Both the position numbers and the translations under genes were made by a program. The notes beneath the pieces were generated by a model, which saw only the letters and a program-made list of their open reading frames with translations, was not told the origin of the DNA and made no database searches. Below are positions 24,256-33,892 of a stretch of DNA of 47,806 nucleotides, piece after piece; position 1 is the first letter of the stretch, and every line of letters starts with the position of its first letter. This DNA is from Alphaproteobacteria bacterium (GTDB taxonomy: Bacteria; Pseudomonadota; Alphaproteobacteria; Rhizobiales; JAJRRF01), in contig JAJRRF010000166.1 in NCBI GenBank assembly GCA_024279735.1, forward strand, positions 1 to 47,806, in the 5' to 3' direction.

Positions 24256-27200
24256 ATGCTTTTACTTGAAGACGCGCCGCAAGGCAATATTTCAAAAGGC
24301 CCAGCCACTAGCGGGGCTGAAATGTACGCCGCGATGCGGGATGACCAGCTCTATGATAATGGCTCTATCATGAAGCAGAGGGCTGTCAGGAAAGGCTGGG
24401 AAGATAAGCTGGCCAGCATCGAGAAGGCCAGTGGCCAAAAAATAACGTTACCGCTATTTGATGGCGTGTTTATGCCCACTTTTGGCGGCGTTGATCCTGA
24501 ACAAATGCAGCAGCTGCAATTGCGGGCTGTGACTGACTATCGCCAGACAGTTTCCAGGATAGAGCAACTGGCACAGCAATATCCAGAATATTATGAAAAA
24601 TGGATGACTGACCCTGAAACGGCGGGGCATGAGGTCTCGCGGGCGGCTGATAAACGCCTGCGTGATGTATCAGGCCGCAACCAGTCCATGCTTAACAGTG
24701 TCATGGGCTTTGGGGGCGCATTTGTCGGCGGTATGCAAGACCCGATTAATTTGGGCCTTGCCCCGTTTGGCATGACCAAGGCGGTTGGTCAGGGGGCTTA
24801 TCAGGTGGTGCGGGCAGGGGTCATTAATGGCCTGATTGGCGCGGCGGGTGAAGCCGCGATCCAGCCCTTGTCACAGCAATGGCGCAAGGAAGCGGGGCTG
24901 AAATATGGCTGGGGCGAAGCTGCTAAAAATGTCGGGATGGCCTTTGCCTTTGGCTTTGGCATAGATGCAGGAGTGCGCGGCGCATGGCGCGGCGGCAAGT
25001 TGCTGAAGGGCAAGATTGACGGCAAGCCAAGCCAGGCGCAAGCCGATGCCTTTTATGGCGGCCTGAAGGGATTGGATGAGGCCGAAAATCAGGCGCAGGC
25101 TTATGAGATTATAGAGGCAGCTGCTGGCCACCTACCCGGCAATAACCCGTTGCACAAGGCGTTGCTTGGCAAGGATTATAAGTCATTGCTGCAAGCTGTG
25201 CATCAGGTGGACCCTGACCAGGCGCAGGCCTTGAGTCAGGCGCGGGCTGAATACGGCGATGGCAACGCCGCTATTGCTGACGATGAATTAAGAGGGGCGG
25301 CAAATTTTCTCGAGGGGGAAGATGGCCGCGCCGTGCCTGAAGGCCTGCACGCCGCCGATGATACCGCCGCCGAAGTCCAGGCGCAGCGTCATGTCACTGA
25401 CCAGGACGAACCGCCCGCAGTGATGCCAAAGCCGCAGAAAGAAGGGGGGCAATCATTGCAGGACGGGGCGAGACATCCCTTGCCGCCCTCTGGGACATTA
25501 GAAGGCAAGCCCTATACCAGCCAACAGCTGAAACCTTCCCAAATACAGGCCGATGCCAAGACGTTCCAGTTTAAGGAGGGCGGTGATGGCGAGGGTGTCA
25601 CCAGCCGCCTTGGCGATGTTGGTCAGTGGAATCCAGCAGCCAGCGGAAAAACCATGATTTTCCAACGTAATAATGGCGATTATATTATTGCTGATGGCCA
25701 CCAGCGGCTCGGACTTGCCAAGCGGTTAGCCAGGCAGGGAGACGAGATTAGTCTTGATGCGATGATCTTTAAGGAAAGTGATGGTTGGACACCAAAGCAA
25801 GTGCGAGAACAGGCGGCGAAAAAAAATATTCAGGAAGGTTCTGGCACAGCTTTGGACTATGCCAGGCTAATGCGTAGTGCGCCTGAATTGATTGATAATA
25901 GTGTGCCGCAAAATTCAGCCAAGATGACCCATGCCAAGGGGTTGGCAAATTTGTCAGATGATGCCTTTGGCCTGGTGATTAACGAGATTGTGCCAGAAAA
26001 CCATGCCGCGCTTGTCGGGCGGTTGGTGGCAGATCAAGAATTGCATGTTGATATTTTGCAGCAAATGGCCAAGGCAGATTTATCCAGCGAAGCGCAAGCC
26101 CGCATTTTTATTGGCCAGGCCTTGCAGGCAGGCCATGAGGAACTCACCCAAATGACGTTATTTGGTGAAGAGACCGCCAAATTGTCTTTATTGCCCGCAA
26201 GGACAAAAATTCTCAGTGATGCTTTGAAAAATTTCAAGCAGAACAAACGCCTGTTGGCAGCAATCAATGACAATGCGGCGCAGGTCGAGGCGGTTGGCAA
26301 TAAGGTCAATAAGGATGCCAATGCGCAAAAATCCCTGCAATCCGCGCAAATGGCGGAGCTGGTGGAAAAGCTGGCCAGCACCCATGGCCCCGTCTCTGAT
26401 GCTTTGCGCCGTGCGGCTCATATGATGGCGCATGACGATATATCCGTCACCAAAGCCCGCAAAATCTTTATGGAAGATGTAGAGGAGCTGTATAGCAAAC
26501 AAGGGCTGGAAGGGCTGATAAACCCGAAAAAGCCAGATGACCTGACCATTGAACCTGGCAGTCCTGAAGCTGAAAATCAGGGCGACTTATTGGCCGCGCG
26601 GTTTGATGAGTTCCCCGAAAATGCGGAAAGCCCTGCCGATTTTGCCGCCATCGTGCAGCGTCTGCCTGAGCCTGTGCGGGCGGAGCTGGTCAAGGTGATT
26701 GACCTGCCAGAAGGCGCGGCGAAGTCTGTGGATGCTGCCGCTGTCACTGCCACCTGGGACAGGGCGAAAAATCTCATCCAGGTGGCAATGCACAACGCCG
26801 ATCCAGCCGCCAAATTGCGCCATGAAGAAATTCATGCCCTGCGGGATTTAGGGCTGTTTACAGACAGGGAATGGAAAGTTTTACTTGATGCTGGTCAACA
26901 AGCTGGCATTATGGCGGAAAAAATTAATGGTGATATGACCAGACAAGACCTGTATGGCCAGGCCTATGCTGGCCGCTCTGACCTGGCGGAACTTCTGAAC
27001 CAGGAAGTGGTTGCCCATTTGGCAGAACGCCGCAAGGCAGGGGAAGACCTGGGGCAGCAAGTCAACACCATCCTGGACAAGCTGCTGGATTTTCTCCGAA
27101 AGACAGGCAATGCCTTGCGCGGCATGGGATTCCAGACCGCAGAAGATGTGTTTAGGCGGATAGAAAGCGGTGAGATTGGGCGGCGGACGCAGAATGTCCA

Positions 27201-30200
27201 AGGGCAGGATGGAATTGCCTATTCGCTTGAGCCAGCCCCAACTTTCTACTCTAATCTAACGCGCGGTATTGAGGCCGTGAAACAGAACAAAGCCCCTGCC
27301 AAGCAGTGGCAAGCTATGATTTCAAAAATGCCAAGCATATCTAAAGATGAGCTGGAATGGAATGGCGTTCTGGATTGGCTTGGCGAACAGAAGGGCAGTG
27401 TAAGCAAGCAGGATGTGGCTGATTATATCAAGCAAAATGAGATAGTTTTGCGCAAAAATTCTACCAGTAATGAAATTCAATCGACGCCAAGCCGCACTAT
27501 CTTTGATGATAAAATCCAGATTCAGGCTGGGACACATAAATTATATGCCCAAAAAAATGAGTATGATGAGTATAATATTTATCATCCTGCTGCTGACCCA
27601 GATAATCCCGTTTTTGATATGGAGTTCCATCCTGACCACGAATGGGGACAGGAGGAGATTTCAACTTATTTAAATGATAATTATTATTTTTTTGAAAAAG
27701 AATATGCTGAAAACACACAAAAAGGCGGCGATAACTATACTGAGACAACGATAGAGCTGGTGAGTTCACGAGGGGAAAATTTTGATGATCAACATTTTGG
27801 TCCAAATAATACTATTGCTCATATACGTCATAAAGACCGAATAACAGCCAAAGGTGAAAATCTGCTTTATCTGGAAGAGGTGCAATCAGATTGGCATAAT
27901 TCGGGGGCAGATATTGGATACAATACTGCCAGTGAAAAATCCTCTTTGATAGAGCGAAACAGGTTAATTCGTGAGGAAAACAAAGAATCAAACAATAAAT
28001 TAATCAATCAGCAAAATGATATTATTCAAACTGTAGAAAGCGTTTTAGCAGATTCAAATCCTGCTTTAAGCAGGAATATTGATAGCTTGCTTTACAATTT
28101 AGAAAGAGGGGAGTTTGCTGAAGCAAAACAAAAAATTGATAGTTTAGAAGACGGTTTGTCCAAATATCCTGAAATTTTAGTGAAAATAGAAAAATTCGCG
28201 GATCAGGTCTTTGCGCAACCCCCTGCCAAACCCACCCTAAGAGCCGGCGTATCTGACGCCCCATTTAAGGGAGATCGCTGGATGGAGATGTCCCTCAAGA
28301 AGATGCTCCGTCATGCGGTCGATAATGGCTATGAGGCTATTAGCTGGAACAGGGGCGCACAAATTGCAGACGTTTCCGAAGGTAGGTTTTACAACTTGCC
28401 CAAACAAATAAGCTGGAAGTCTGATGGCAAGAAGATTACGCTTGACGGCGTAGATAAACCCTTGACTTTAAAAGAGATTGAACAAGGAATCAGCCCTCAA
28501 CTTGCGGCTGATATTTTTAACGAAACCAAAGCAAAAAAAATAAGCGGAATAGCCGAAAATAAAGCGGACTATAAATTGCCTTCGGAAGGGTTCAGGCTAG
28601 AATATGACCAGAAAATACCGCGCTTTTTAAATAAATTCACCAAGAAATGGGGCGGTAAGGTTGAGTTTGAGATTTTGCCAGATTTTGCCGATACCAATAC
28701 CCCAAATGGGGTATTGCGCATTACTGATGAGATGCGCAAAAGTGTTAAGCAGGGGATGGCTTACTCGCTTGAACCGCGCCGCAGCCAGGACTTGAGCCGC
28801 CAAAAGGGGGAGGACAGCCAAAGCCAAACACGGGCGAATACCCGATCAGCAGCTGTACCGCGCGGGCAAGGGCGAAACGATTCATATAATTCAGCTGATA
28901 TTCCTCCAGGGATAGAGTCCCTAGACATCCAGTCATCCAGCCATTTAAAAAATGATGAATTCTTGATTGATGATGGCGGCTCTTGGTTCAATAAATTATC
29001 CTCGCTGGTTGGTCTTGGTCAGAAAATTGTAGCAAAATATCCTGAAACATTCAATGGGGAGGCTTTCAGGTCATGGTTTGGCGGCTCAAAGGTGGTGACA
29101 AAAAGTAATGAGCCATTGATTTTATATCATTCTACAAATGCAGAATTTGAAACATTTAGGCCAGGGACAGGTGACTTAGGAATGCACTTTGGCACATCAC
29201 AGGCGGCAAGCGACCGATTGCCTGCCCAAAAACAATATGCCAAGGAGGCTGGACGTTATTATAAGGAAGCTGACCAGATATTGCCAGTTGTACTTTCTAT
29301 TAAAAACCCTTTGCACACAGAAGACTATATCAATTGGCATGCCCCCAAAGGTGTGGTAAGTAAAGACGTTCAGGCAGCAGTCATGTCAGCTGATAAAGAT
29401 TTGGGAAAACGCATTGCGGCGGCGGAAAAATATAAATTGCATCCAAATAATATTTTGGAGATTCAGAATATTGGTGTCAAGCAACAGGCAGATATTATCA
29501 GGGCTGATTTGCAAAGGCAGGGCTATGACGGGATTGTCTATACCAACGCCGTTGAGGGCAGGGGTAGTAAAAGTTATATTGCCTTTGAACCCACTCAAAT
29601 TAAGAGCTTGTTTAACCGTGGCACATTTGACGGCAGTGACCCGCGTATCACCTATAGCATAGACCCAGAAGAAGCCCTGGACGGGGTGCGCAAGGCGTTG
29701 GCCGAGGCTGACCAGGCTTTGGGCAAGGGCGGCAGAAGCGCGCAAGACCAGGCGGAGCTGGACCAGCTGGCCAAGGACGCGCCTTGGGAAGACAAGCCAG
29801 GGGCAGAGGGGGCAGGGCAACAGCCGCAAAGCCAAAATCTGGATGATTTTCTCAATCAGATAGGCCAGGAGTTTGCCGCAAAATCTGGCCTGGAGTCAGC
29901 GGTGCGGATAGAGCAGATCAGGGCGAAGGGGCAACAGGCCGGGCTGGATGAAGCGGAAATTCAGCAGGCCGTAGAGCAAATTATGCGGTCTGGCTCTGAC
30001 CCTGTTTCCCTGCCTGGCCAGCGGCCTGAAGCAACGCCAGAGGCAGAGCCTAATTTTAGGGGCACGCCTGAAGAACAAGCCGCGAAACGGGCGCAATATA
30101 TTGAACAGAAACGCCGCGCCGTTCTCACGCTTGTCGCAGCGCAGCGGGTCAAGGCCGATATGATGCGCCATAAAAATGCCAAAGGCCAGCATGACATGGT

Positions 30201-32694
30201 TGCCGCTGCTTTGAGCCATATGGAAAATTTTGGCACGGCCAAGCATAGCGCGATAGCCCAAAGGGAGACCGAAATTCTTGGCCAGGCGATGACGCGGATG
30301 AGCGAATTTGCCCGCGAATTTGAACGCACCAAATTAATGGGTGTGACGCCCAAGCAAAAAATGGGTCTGTTGCATGATATTATTCGCGAAAGCTTTGGCG
30401 AAAAAACGGGCAATCTTCAGGCTGAAAAAATGGCAACCGCCTGGTTTCAAACCCATGAGGGTTTGCGCGGCCGCTTTAACAGGGCAGGCGGCATGATCGG
30501 CAAAATGGACAAATGGGGCTTGCCGCAAAGCCATGACCAGATGGCGGTCAGCAAGGTGACATTTCAGGACTGGTTTGATGTTATCAGCCCGCTGCTGGAC
30601 AGAAATAAGACCGTGCATCATATCACAGGCCAGCGCATGAATGACCAGCAGTGGCATGACAGCTTGCAACATATTTATGAAACCATTGTCACCAATGGCC
30701 AGAACACCAGGCAGCCCAGTTTGCAGGTGCAAGGCAGCGGCGCGCTGTATAAACAGGGCAGTGAAGCGCGTTTTCTAAATTTCAAAAATGCAGATGACTG
30801 GCTGAAATATGCCGAGCAATTTGGTAATGTCTCTGGGACGCATGGCGCAGACCTTGGCTTTCATAGCATGATGCGCCATCTCCAGGGCTTCAGCCGTGAC
30901 ATTGCCGCGATGGAAATATTAGGGCCAAACCCTGCGGCGATGCAAAATTATATGCGCGGCCTGATTGAGCAAGAGCTGGGCAAGTCCCGTCTTGGTCAAG
31001 CCTCAGCTTTACCTGTCGATGGCAGGGATGAGCAGGGCAGGCCTTTTGTCAAAACCCTGACAGGGCGCAAACTCAGCCATGACGATTATGTTGGCAGGGG
31101 GCTTAAAAAACTCGATGACCATTTTGATATTGCGCGCGGGGTGCTGGACAGTCCTGTTGACCAAGGGCGTGCCAATTTTGGCAAGGCGGTGCGCAACTGG
31201 CAGGTGGCCACCAAGCTGGGTTCTGCCACCCTGTCAGCTATTGGCGATATTGCCACCTTCAAGGCAGCACTGAAATTTGCAGGCATGAAAAATCAGCAAC
31301 TTATTATCAAGGATATTTTCAAATATATCCAGGCAGAAGACCGCCATTTTGCCGTCAGGTCAGGCCTGATCCTGGACAGTGCCATGTCTATGGTTGCGAC
31401 GGAAACCCGCTTTGGCGGGGCGGTCGAGGCCGCGACCCGCACAGGTAAAATTGCTGACCGCACCTTGGCCTGGAGCGGACTGGGAGCCTGGACGCAGGCC
31501 ATCAAACATGCCTTTGGCATGGAGACCATGGCCAATTTTGCCCGCGTCCGTGATTTGCCGTTTGACCAGCTTGACCCTAAAATGCGCAGGCTGTTTGACA
31601 ATTACGGCTTAGAGCCTGGCCAGTGGGACTTGTTGCGCAGTTTTGGCACGACCGAGCATAAGGGGGTAAAATTTTTGCGCGGCGTAGACATCTCCAAAGT
31701 GATTGATGAAGCCAGGCCGTATCTCGCCGCCTTGCGTGAAGCAGAAAAGACAGGGCAGTTGGACGACTTTATGGCCAGGCCGCAGCCAGGGCGCGGCTAT
31801 TTTGACCAGCTCAAGGGGCTGCTGGCAGAGCGGCAAAAAAGCGGGCTATATCAAGACCCTGACTTTAATGTCAATTTGCATAATCTCAGCGCGGACATTT
31901 TGGCGGCCAAGCAAAAATATATGGAGATGATCCATGCTGAAACCGAATATGCCGTGCCAACAGGCACAATTGCGTCCCAGGCGATTACCAAGAAATTCCA
32001 GGCGGGCACACCAGAGGGCGAAACCTGGCGGCTATTCTTCCAGTTTAAGGCTTACCCAATCAGCATTTTGATGATGCAAGGCGGGCGCACCATGCGGCTG
32101 GTGCATGGCGAAGGGGCAGCAGCAGGGGCGAAATATGCCGCCAGTACCTTTATGGCTATGACCCTCGCAGGCGGGGTGATTGGCACTTGGCTGAAAGACC
32201 TCAAGGCAGGCCGTGACCCTGATATGGATTTTACCAGCCAAAAAAATTGGGGACGCTGGATGGCGCAAGGCGGCGGCATTGGCATTATGGGGGACTTTTT
32301 GTTCTCTGACCATAACCGCTTTGGCGGCGGCCCCTTATCTACTTTTGCAGGCCCGGCCTTTGGCGAGGTTGAAAAAGTGTTGCGTGCCACTGCTGGCAAT
32401 GCGCAAAAACTATTGACTGGCAAAGACACCAGTTTTGCCAAGGATGCCTTGGGTATCGTGCGTTCAAACACGCCAGCCATAGGCTCTTTGTGGTACACTG
32501 CCACCGCCTATAACCGCGTCTTGCTTGACCAGATGAACTATCTGGTTGACCCGTCTGCCAGCAAAGCCTTTAGGCGCAGGATGAAAAAACGCGAAACAGA
32601 ATATGGCCAACAATATTTCTGGCCGCTTGGTGACACCAGCCCCGCCCGCGCCCCTTCAGGCAGCAGCCTAGGGGAGACGTTTAGTTTTCAGTAG
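24256..32694 (+). CDS. giant (2812 aa) gp16-position internal virion protein with a polyvalent-protein architecture
   Basis: A single uninterrupted ORF. It has a ParB-like segment (NNGDYIIADGHQRLGLAKRL, about 25528-25760), HExxH (HEEIH, 26821-26835), LYLEEVQSDWH (27865-27897), an ART-like module (LILYHST...GMHFGT...GYDGIVYTNAVEG...EPTQIKS, about 29080-29660) and a hydrophobic C-terminal region (about 32038-32356). Confidence 0.8.
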   Translation: MLLLEDAPQGNISKGPATSGAEMYAAMRDDQLYDNGSIMKQRAVRKGWEDKLASIEKASGQKITLPLFDGVFMPTFGGVDPEQMQQLQLRAVTDYRQTVSRIEQLAQQYPEYYEKWMTDPETAGHEVSRAADKRLRDVSGRNQSMLNSVMGFGGAFVGGMQDPINLGLAPFGMTKAVGQGAYQVVRAGVINGLIGAAGEAAIQPLSQQWRKEAGLKYGWGEAAKNVGMAFAFGFGIDAGVRGAWRGGKLLKGKIDGKPSQAQADAFYGGLKGLDEAENQAQAYEIIEAAAGHLPGNNPLHKALLGKDYKSLLQAVHQVDPDQAQALSQARAEYGDGNAAIADDELRGAANFLEGEDGRAVPEGLHAADDTAAEVQAQRHVTDQDEPPAVMPKPQKEGGQSLQDGARHPLPPSGTLEGKPYTSQQLKPSQIQADAKTFQFKEGGDGEGVTSRLGDVGQWNPAASGKTMIFQRNNGDYIIADGHQRLGLAKRLARQGDEISLDAMIFKESDGWTPKQVREQAAKKNIQEGSGTALDYARLMRSAPELIDNSVPQNSAKMTHAKGLANLSDDAFGLVINEIVPENHAALVGRLVADQELHVDILQQMAKADLSSEAQARIFIGQALQAGHEELTQMTLFGEETAKLSLLPARTKILSDALKNFKQNKRLLAAINDNAAQVEAVGNKVNKDANAQKSLQSAQMAELVEKLASTHGPVSDALRRAAHMMAHDDISVTKARKIFMEDVEELYSKQGLEGLINPKKPDDLTIEPGSPEAENQGDLLAARFDEFPENAESPADFAAIVQRLPEPVRAELVKVIDLPEGAAKSVDAAAVTATWDRAKNLIQVAMHNADPAAKLRHEEIHALRDLGLFTDREWKVLLDAGQQAGIMAEKINGDMTRQDLYGQAYAGRSDLAELLNQEVVAHLAERRKAGEDLGQQVNTILDKLLDFLRKTGNALRGMGFQTAEDVFRRIESGEIGRRTQNVQGQDGIAYSLEPAPTFYSNLTRGIEAVKQNKAPAKQWQAMISKMPSISKDELEWNGVLDWLGEQKGSVSKQDVADYIKQNEIVLRKNSTSNEIQSTPSRTIFDDKIQIQAGTHKLYAQKNEYDEYNIYHPAADPDNPVFDMEFHPDHEWGQEEISTYLNDNYYFFEKEYAENTQKGGDNYTETTIELVSSRGENFDDQHFGPNNTIAHIRHKDRITAKGENLLYLEEVQSDWHNSGADIGYNTASEKSSLIERNRLIREENKESNNKLINQQNDIIQTVESVLADSNPALSRNIDSLLYNLERGEFAEAKQKIDSLEDGLSKYPEILVKIEKFADQVFAQPPAKPTLRAGVSDAPFKGDRWMEMSLKKMLRHAVDNGYEAISWNRGAQIADVSEGRFYNLPKQISWKSDGKKITLDGVDKPLTLKEIEQGISPQLAADIFNETKAKKISGIAENKADYKLPSEGFRLEYDQKIPRFLNKFTKKWGGKVEFEILPDFADTNTPNGVLRITDEMRKSVKQGMAYSLEPRRSQDLSRQKGEDSQSQTRANTRSAAVPRGQGRNDSYNSADIPPGIESLDIQSSSHLKNDEFLIDDGGSWFNKLSSLVGLGQKIVAKYPETFNGEAFRSWFGGSKVVTKSNEPLILYHSTNAEFETFRPGTGDLGMHFGTSQAASDRLPAQKQYAKEAGRYYKEADQILPVVLSIKNPLHTEDYINWHAPKGVVSKDVQAAVMSADKDLGKRIAAAEKYKLHPNNILEIQNIGVKQQADIIRADLQRQGYDGIVYTNAVEGRGSKSYIAFEPTQIKSLFNRGTFDGSDPRITYSIDPEEALDGVRKALAEADQALGKGGRSAQDQAELDQLAKDAPWEDKPGAEGAGQQPQSQNLDDFLNQIGQEFAAKSGLESAVRIEQIRAKGQQAGLDEAEIQQAVEQIMRSGSDPVSLPGQRPEATPEAEPNFRGTPEEQAAKRAQYIEQKRRAVLTLVAAQRVKADMMRHKNAKGQHDMVAAALSHMENFGTAKHSAIAQRETEILGQAMTRMSEFAREFERTKLMGVTPKQKMGLLHDIIRESFGEKTGNLQAEKMATAWFQTHEGLRGRFNRAGGMIGKMDKWGLPQSHDQMAVSKVTFQDWFDVISPLLDRNKTVHHITGQRMNDQQWHDSLQHIYETIVTNGQNTRQPSLQVQGSGALYKQGSEARFLNFKNADDWLKYAEQFGNVSGTHGADLGFHSMMRHLQGFSRDIAAMEILGPNPAAMQNYMRGLIEQELGKSRLGQASALPVDGRDEQGRPFVKTLTGRKLSHDDYVGRGLKKLDDHFDIARGVLDSPVDQGRANFGKAVRNWQVATKLGSATLSAIGDIATFKAALKFAGMKNQQLIIKDIFKYIQAEDRHFAVRSGLILDSAMSMVATETRFGGAVEAATRTGKIADRTLAWSGLGAWTQAIKHAFGMETMANFARVRDLPFDQLDPKMRRLFDNYGLEPGQWDLLRSFGTTEHKGVKFLRGVDISKVIDEARPYLAALREAEKTGQLDDFMARPQPGRGYFDQLKGLLAERQKSGLYQDPDFNVNLHNLSADILAAKQKYMEMIHAETEYAVPTGTIASQAITKKFQAGTPEGETWRLFFQFKAYPISILMMQGGRTMRLVHGEGAAAGAKYAASTFMAMTLAGGVIGTWLKDLKAGRDPDMDFTSQKNWGRWMAQGGGIGIMGDFLFSDHNRFGGGPLSTFAGPAFGEVEKVLRATAGNAQKLLTGKDTSFAKDALGIVRSNTPAIGSLWYTATAYNRVLLDQMNYLVDPSASKAFRRRMKKRETEYGQQYFWPLGDTSPARAPSGSSLGETFSFQ

Positions 32695-32756
32695 GCTTTG
32701 ACTCTCTGCCATTTTTATGATTCATATTATTTAATTATGATGAAATGGGGGAGTGT

Positions 32757-33260
32757 ATGGCGCGTAAAGAATTGCATTATGTAACGGTCGAAGAATTTTT
32801 AAAGTTGGTTGAACCTGAGGGCATTCCCGTCTTAAAAACTAAAATGGAAGAAATGAAAATCAATCAAGAGGAATATGATAAGTTGTTTGAGAAAGACAGT
32901 GCTATGTCAGGGTGGCGCATAATATCAGGTATGTTTTTTGCTTTTGTGACAGCAGGCCTTATTTTTGGAAAAAATATTATTTCTGATGTAGGTCGCGTTG
33001 GCGGGGATATAGGTATAGGCTTAGCTTTTTTTGCCTTTCCTGTGTTAATGGCTCTCCAATATAAGAATGAAAAACGTCGTGCCATATTATCAAATAAAAT
33101 TTCTGAGAGCAACAGGATATTTTTTGCCTCTTATTGGGGGGCATATTATTTCCCAAAACCTTGGCGTAAGGGTGCGGATATAGCCCTAGCTTATTCATTA
33201 GCTGAAATTCAAGAAGCAAACATGATAGCTGAGAAGGATTTGTCCTATCTTAATGAATGA
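32757..33260 (+). CDS. A+T-rich two-TM membrane protein (167 aa, moron)
   Basis: The ATG at 32757 is preceded by GGGGAG. Hydrophobic helices are WRIISGMFFAFVTAGLIFG and IGIGLAFFAFPVLMAL. Line 32821-32880 is 18/60 G+C by hand count. Confidence 0.65.
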   Translation: MARKELHYVTVEEFLKLVEPEGIPVLKTKMEEMKINQEEYDKLFEKDSAMSGWRIISGMFFAFVTAGLIFGKNIISDVGRVGGDIGIGLAFFAFPVLMALQYKNEKRRAILSNKISESNRIFFASYWGAYYFPKPWRKGADIALAYSLAEIQEANMIAEKDLSYLNE

Positions 33261-33742
33261 CGGTCAAATTGACCGTCACTGGGAATCTTAAAAAAGATAC
33301 TCGTCTTTTCTCCCTACGCGGCGCACATCTGATTGCGATGCTCGGTCATACTGCTAAAGCCAAAACTTTTCGTAAGGCGGTGCTTGACCTGATAGAGCAA
33401 GAACAGCAGCGGCAAGAAAACAAACTGGTCAAGCAACGGGTCGCGGCGCAAAAGCAAATTGAGGATTTGCGGGCGCGTCAATTACAGCTTGAAGACAAAA
33501 CAAAACAGACAAAGTCTGTGCCCTTTGCCCGTCTTTCAACCCCTGAAGCCATTGAACCAGGCGCAGAAATTGCCACCAACTTTGCCTGCATTCGGGAAGT
33601 CAAGAGCGCGGATATTGGGGTGCAAACCGAAACCGCCTTTCATCAGACCATGGTGTTTGTTTCAAACTTGATCCGCGATAACAGGCGGCTGGAAAATGAA
33701 AACCACACCCTGAAACAAGCCTTTAAGATTTTGAAGCACTAA
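33257..33742 (+). CDS. coiled-coil protein whose N-terminus resembles only the tail of a Bro-N/antirepressor domain
   Basis: The ATGA overlap with the upstream ORF indicates coupling. LFSLRGAHLIAMLGHTAKAKTFRKAVLDLIE resembles the last ~30 aa of Bro-N domains, and a Gln/Glu/Arg-rich coil follows. Confidence 0.5.
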   Translation: MTVKLTVTGNLKKDTRLFSLRGAHLIAMLGHTAKAKTFRKAVLDLIEQEQQRQENKLVKQRVAAQKQIEDLRARQLQLEDKTKQTKSVPFARLSTPEAIEPGAEIATNFACIREVKSADIGVQTETAFHQTMVFVSNLIRDNRRLENENHTLKQAFKILKH

Positions 33743-33892
33743 TTCTTGCGCTTTAAGATGTCACAATCTCGCCACAGCACCCTAAAAATGGGCGCGGTGG
33801 TTTTGGGTTGTAACGCCTTGTCATTGCCCGCTGTCGGGGCATAATCAAAAAAATGCGTGTGACACATTTTGGGCGCATTTATACTCGCCCTC

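Noticed and set aside
24591-32504. About 25 short ORFs on either strand inside the 2812-aa gene
   Set aside because: All are nested within one uninterrupted long frame that carries recognisable domain motifs along its length.
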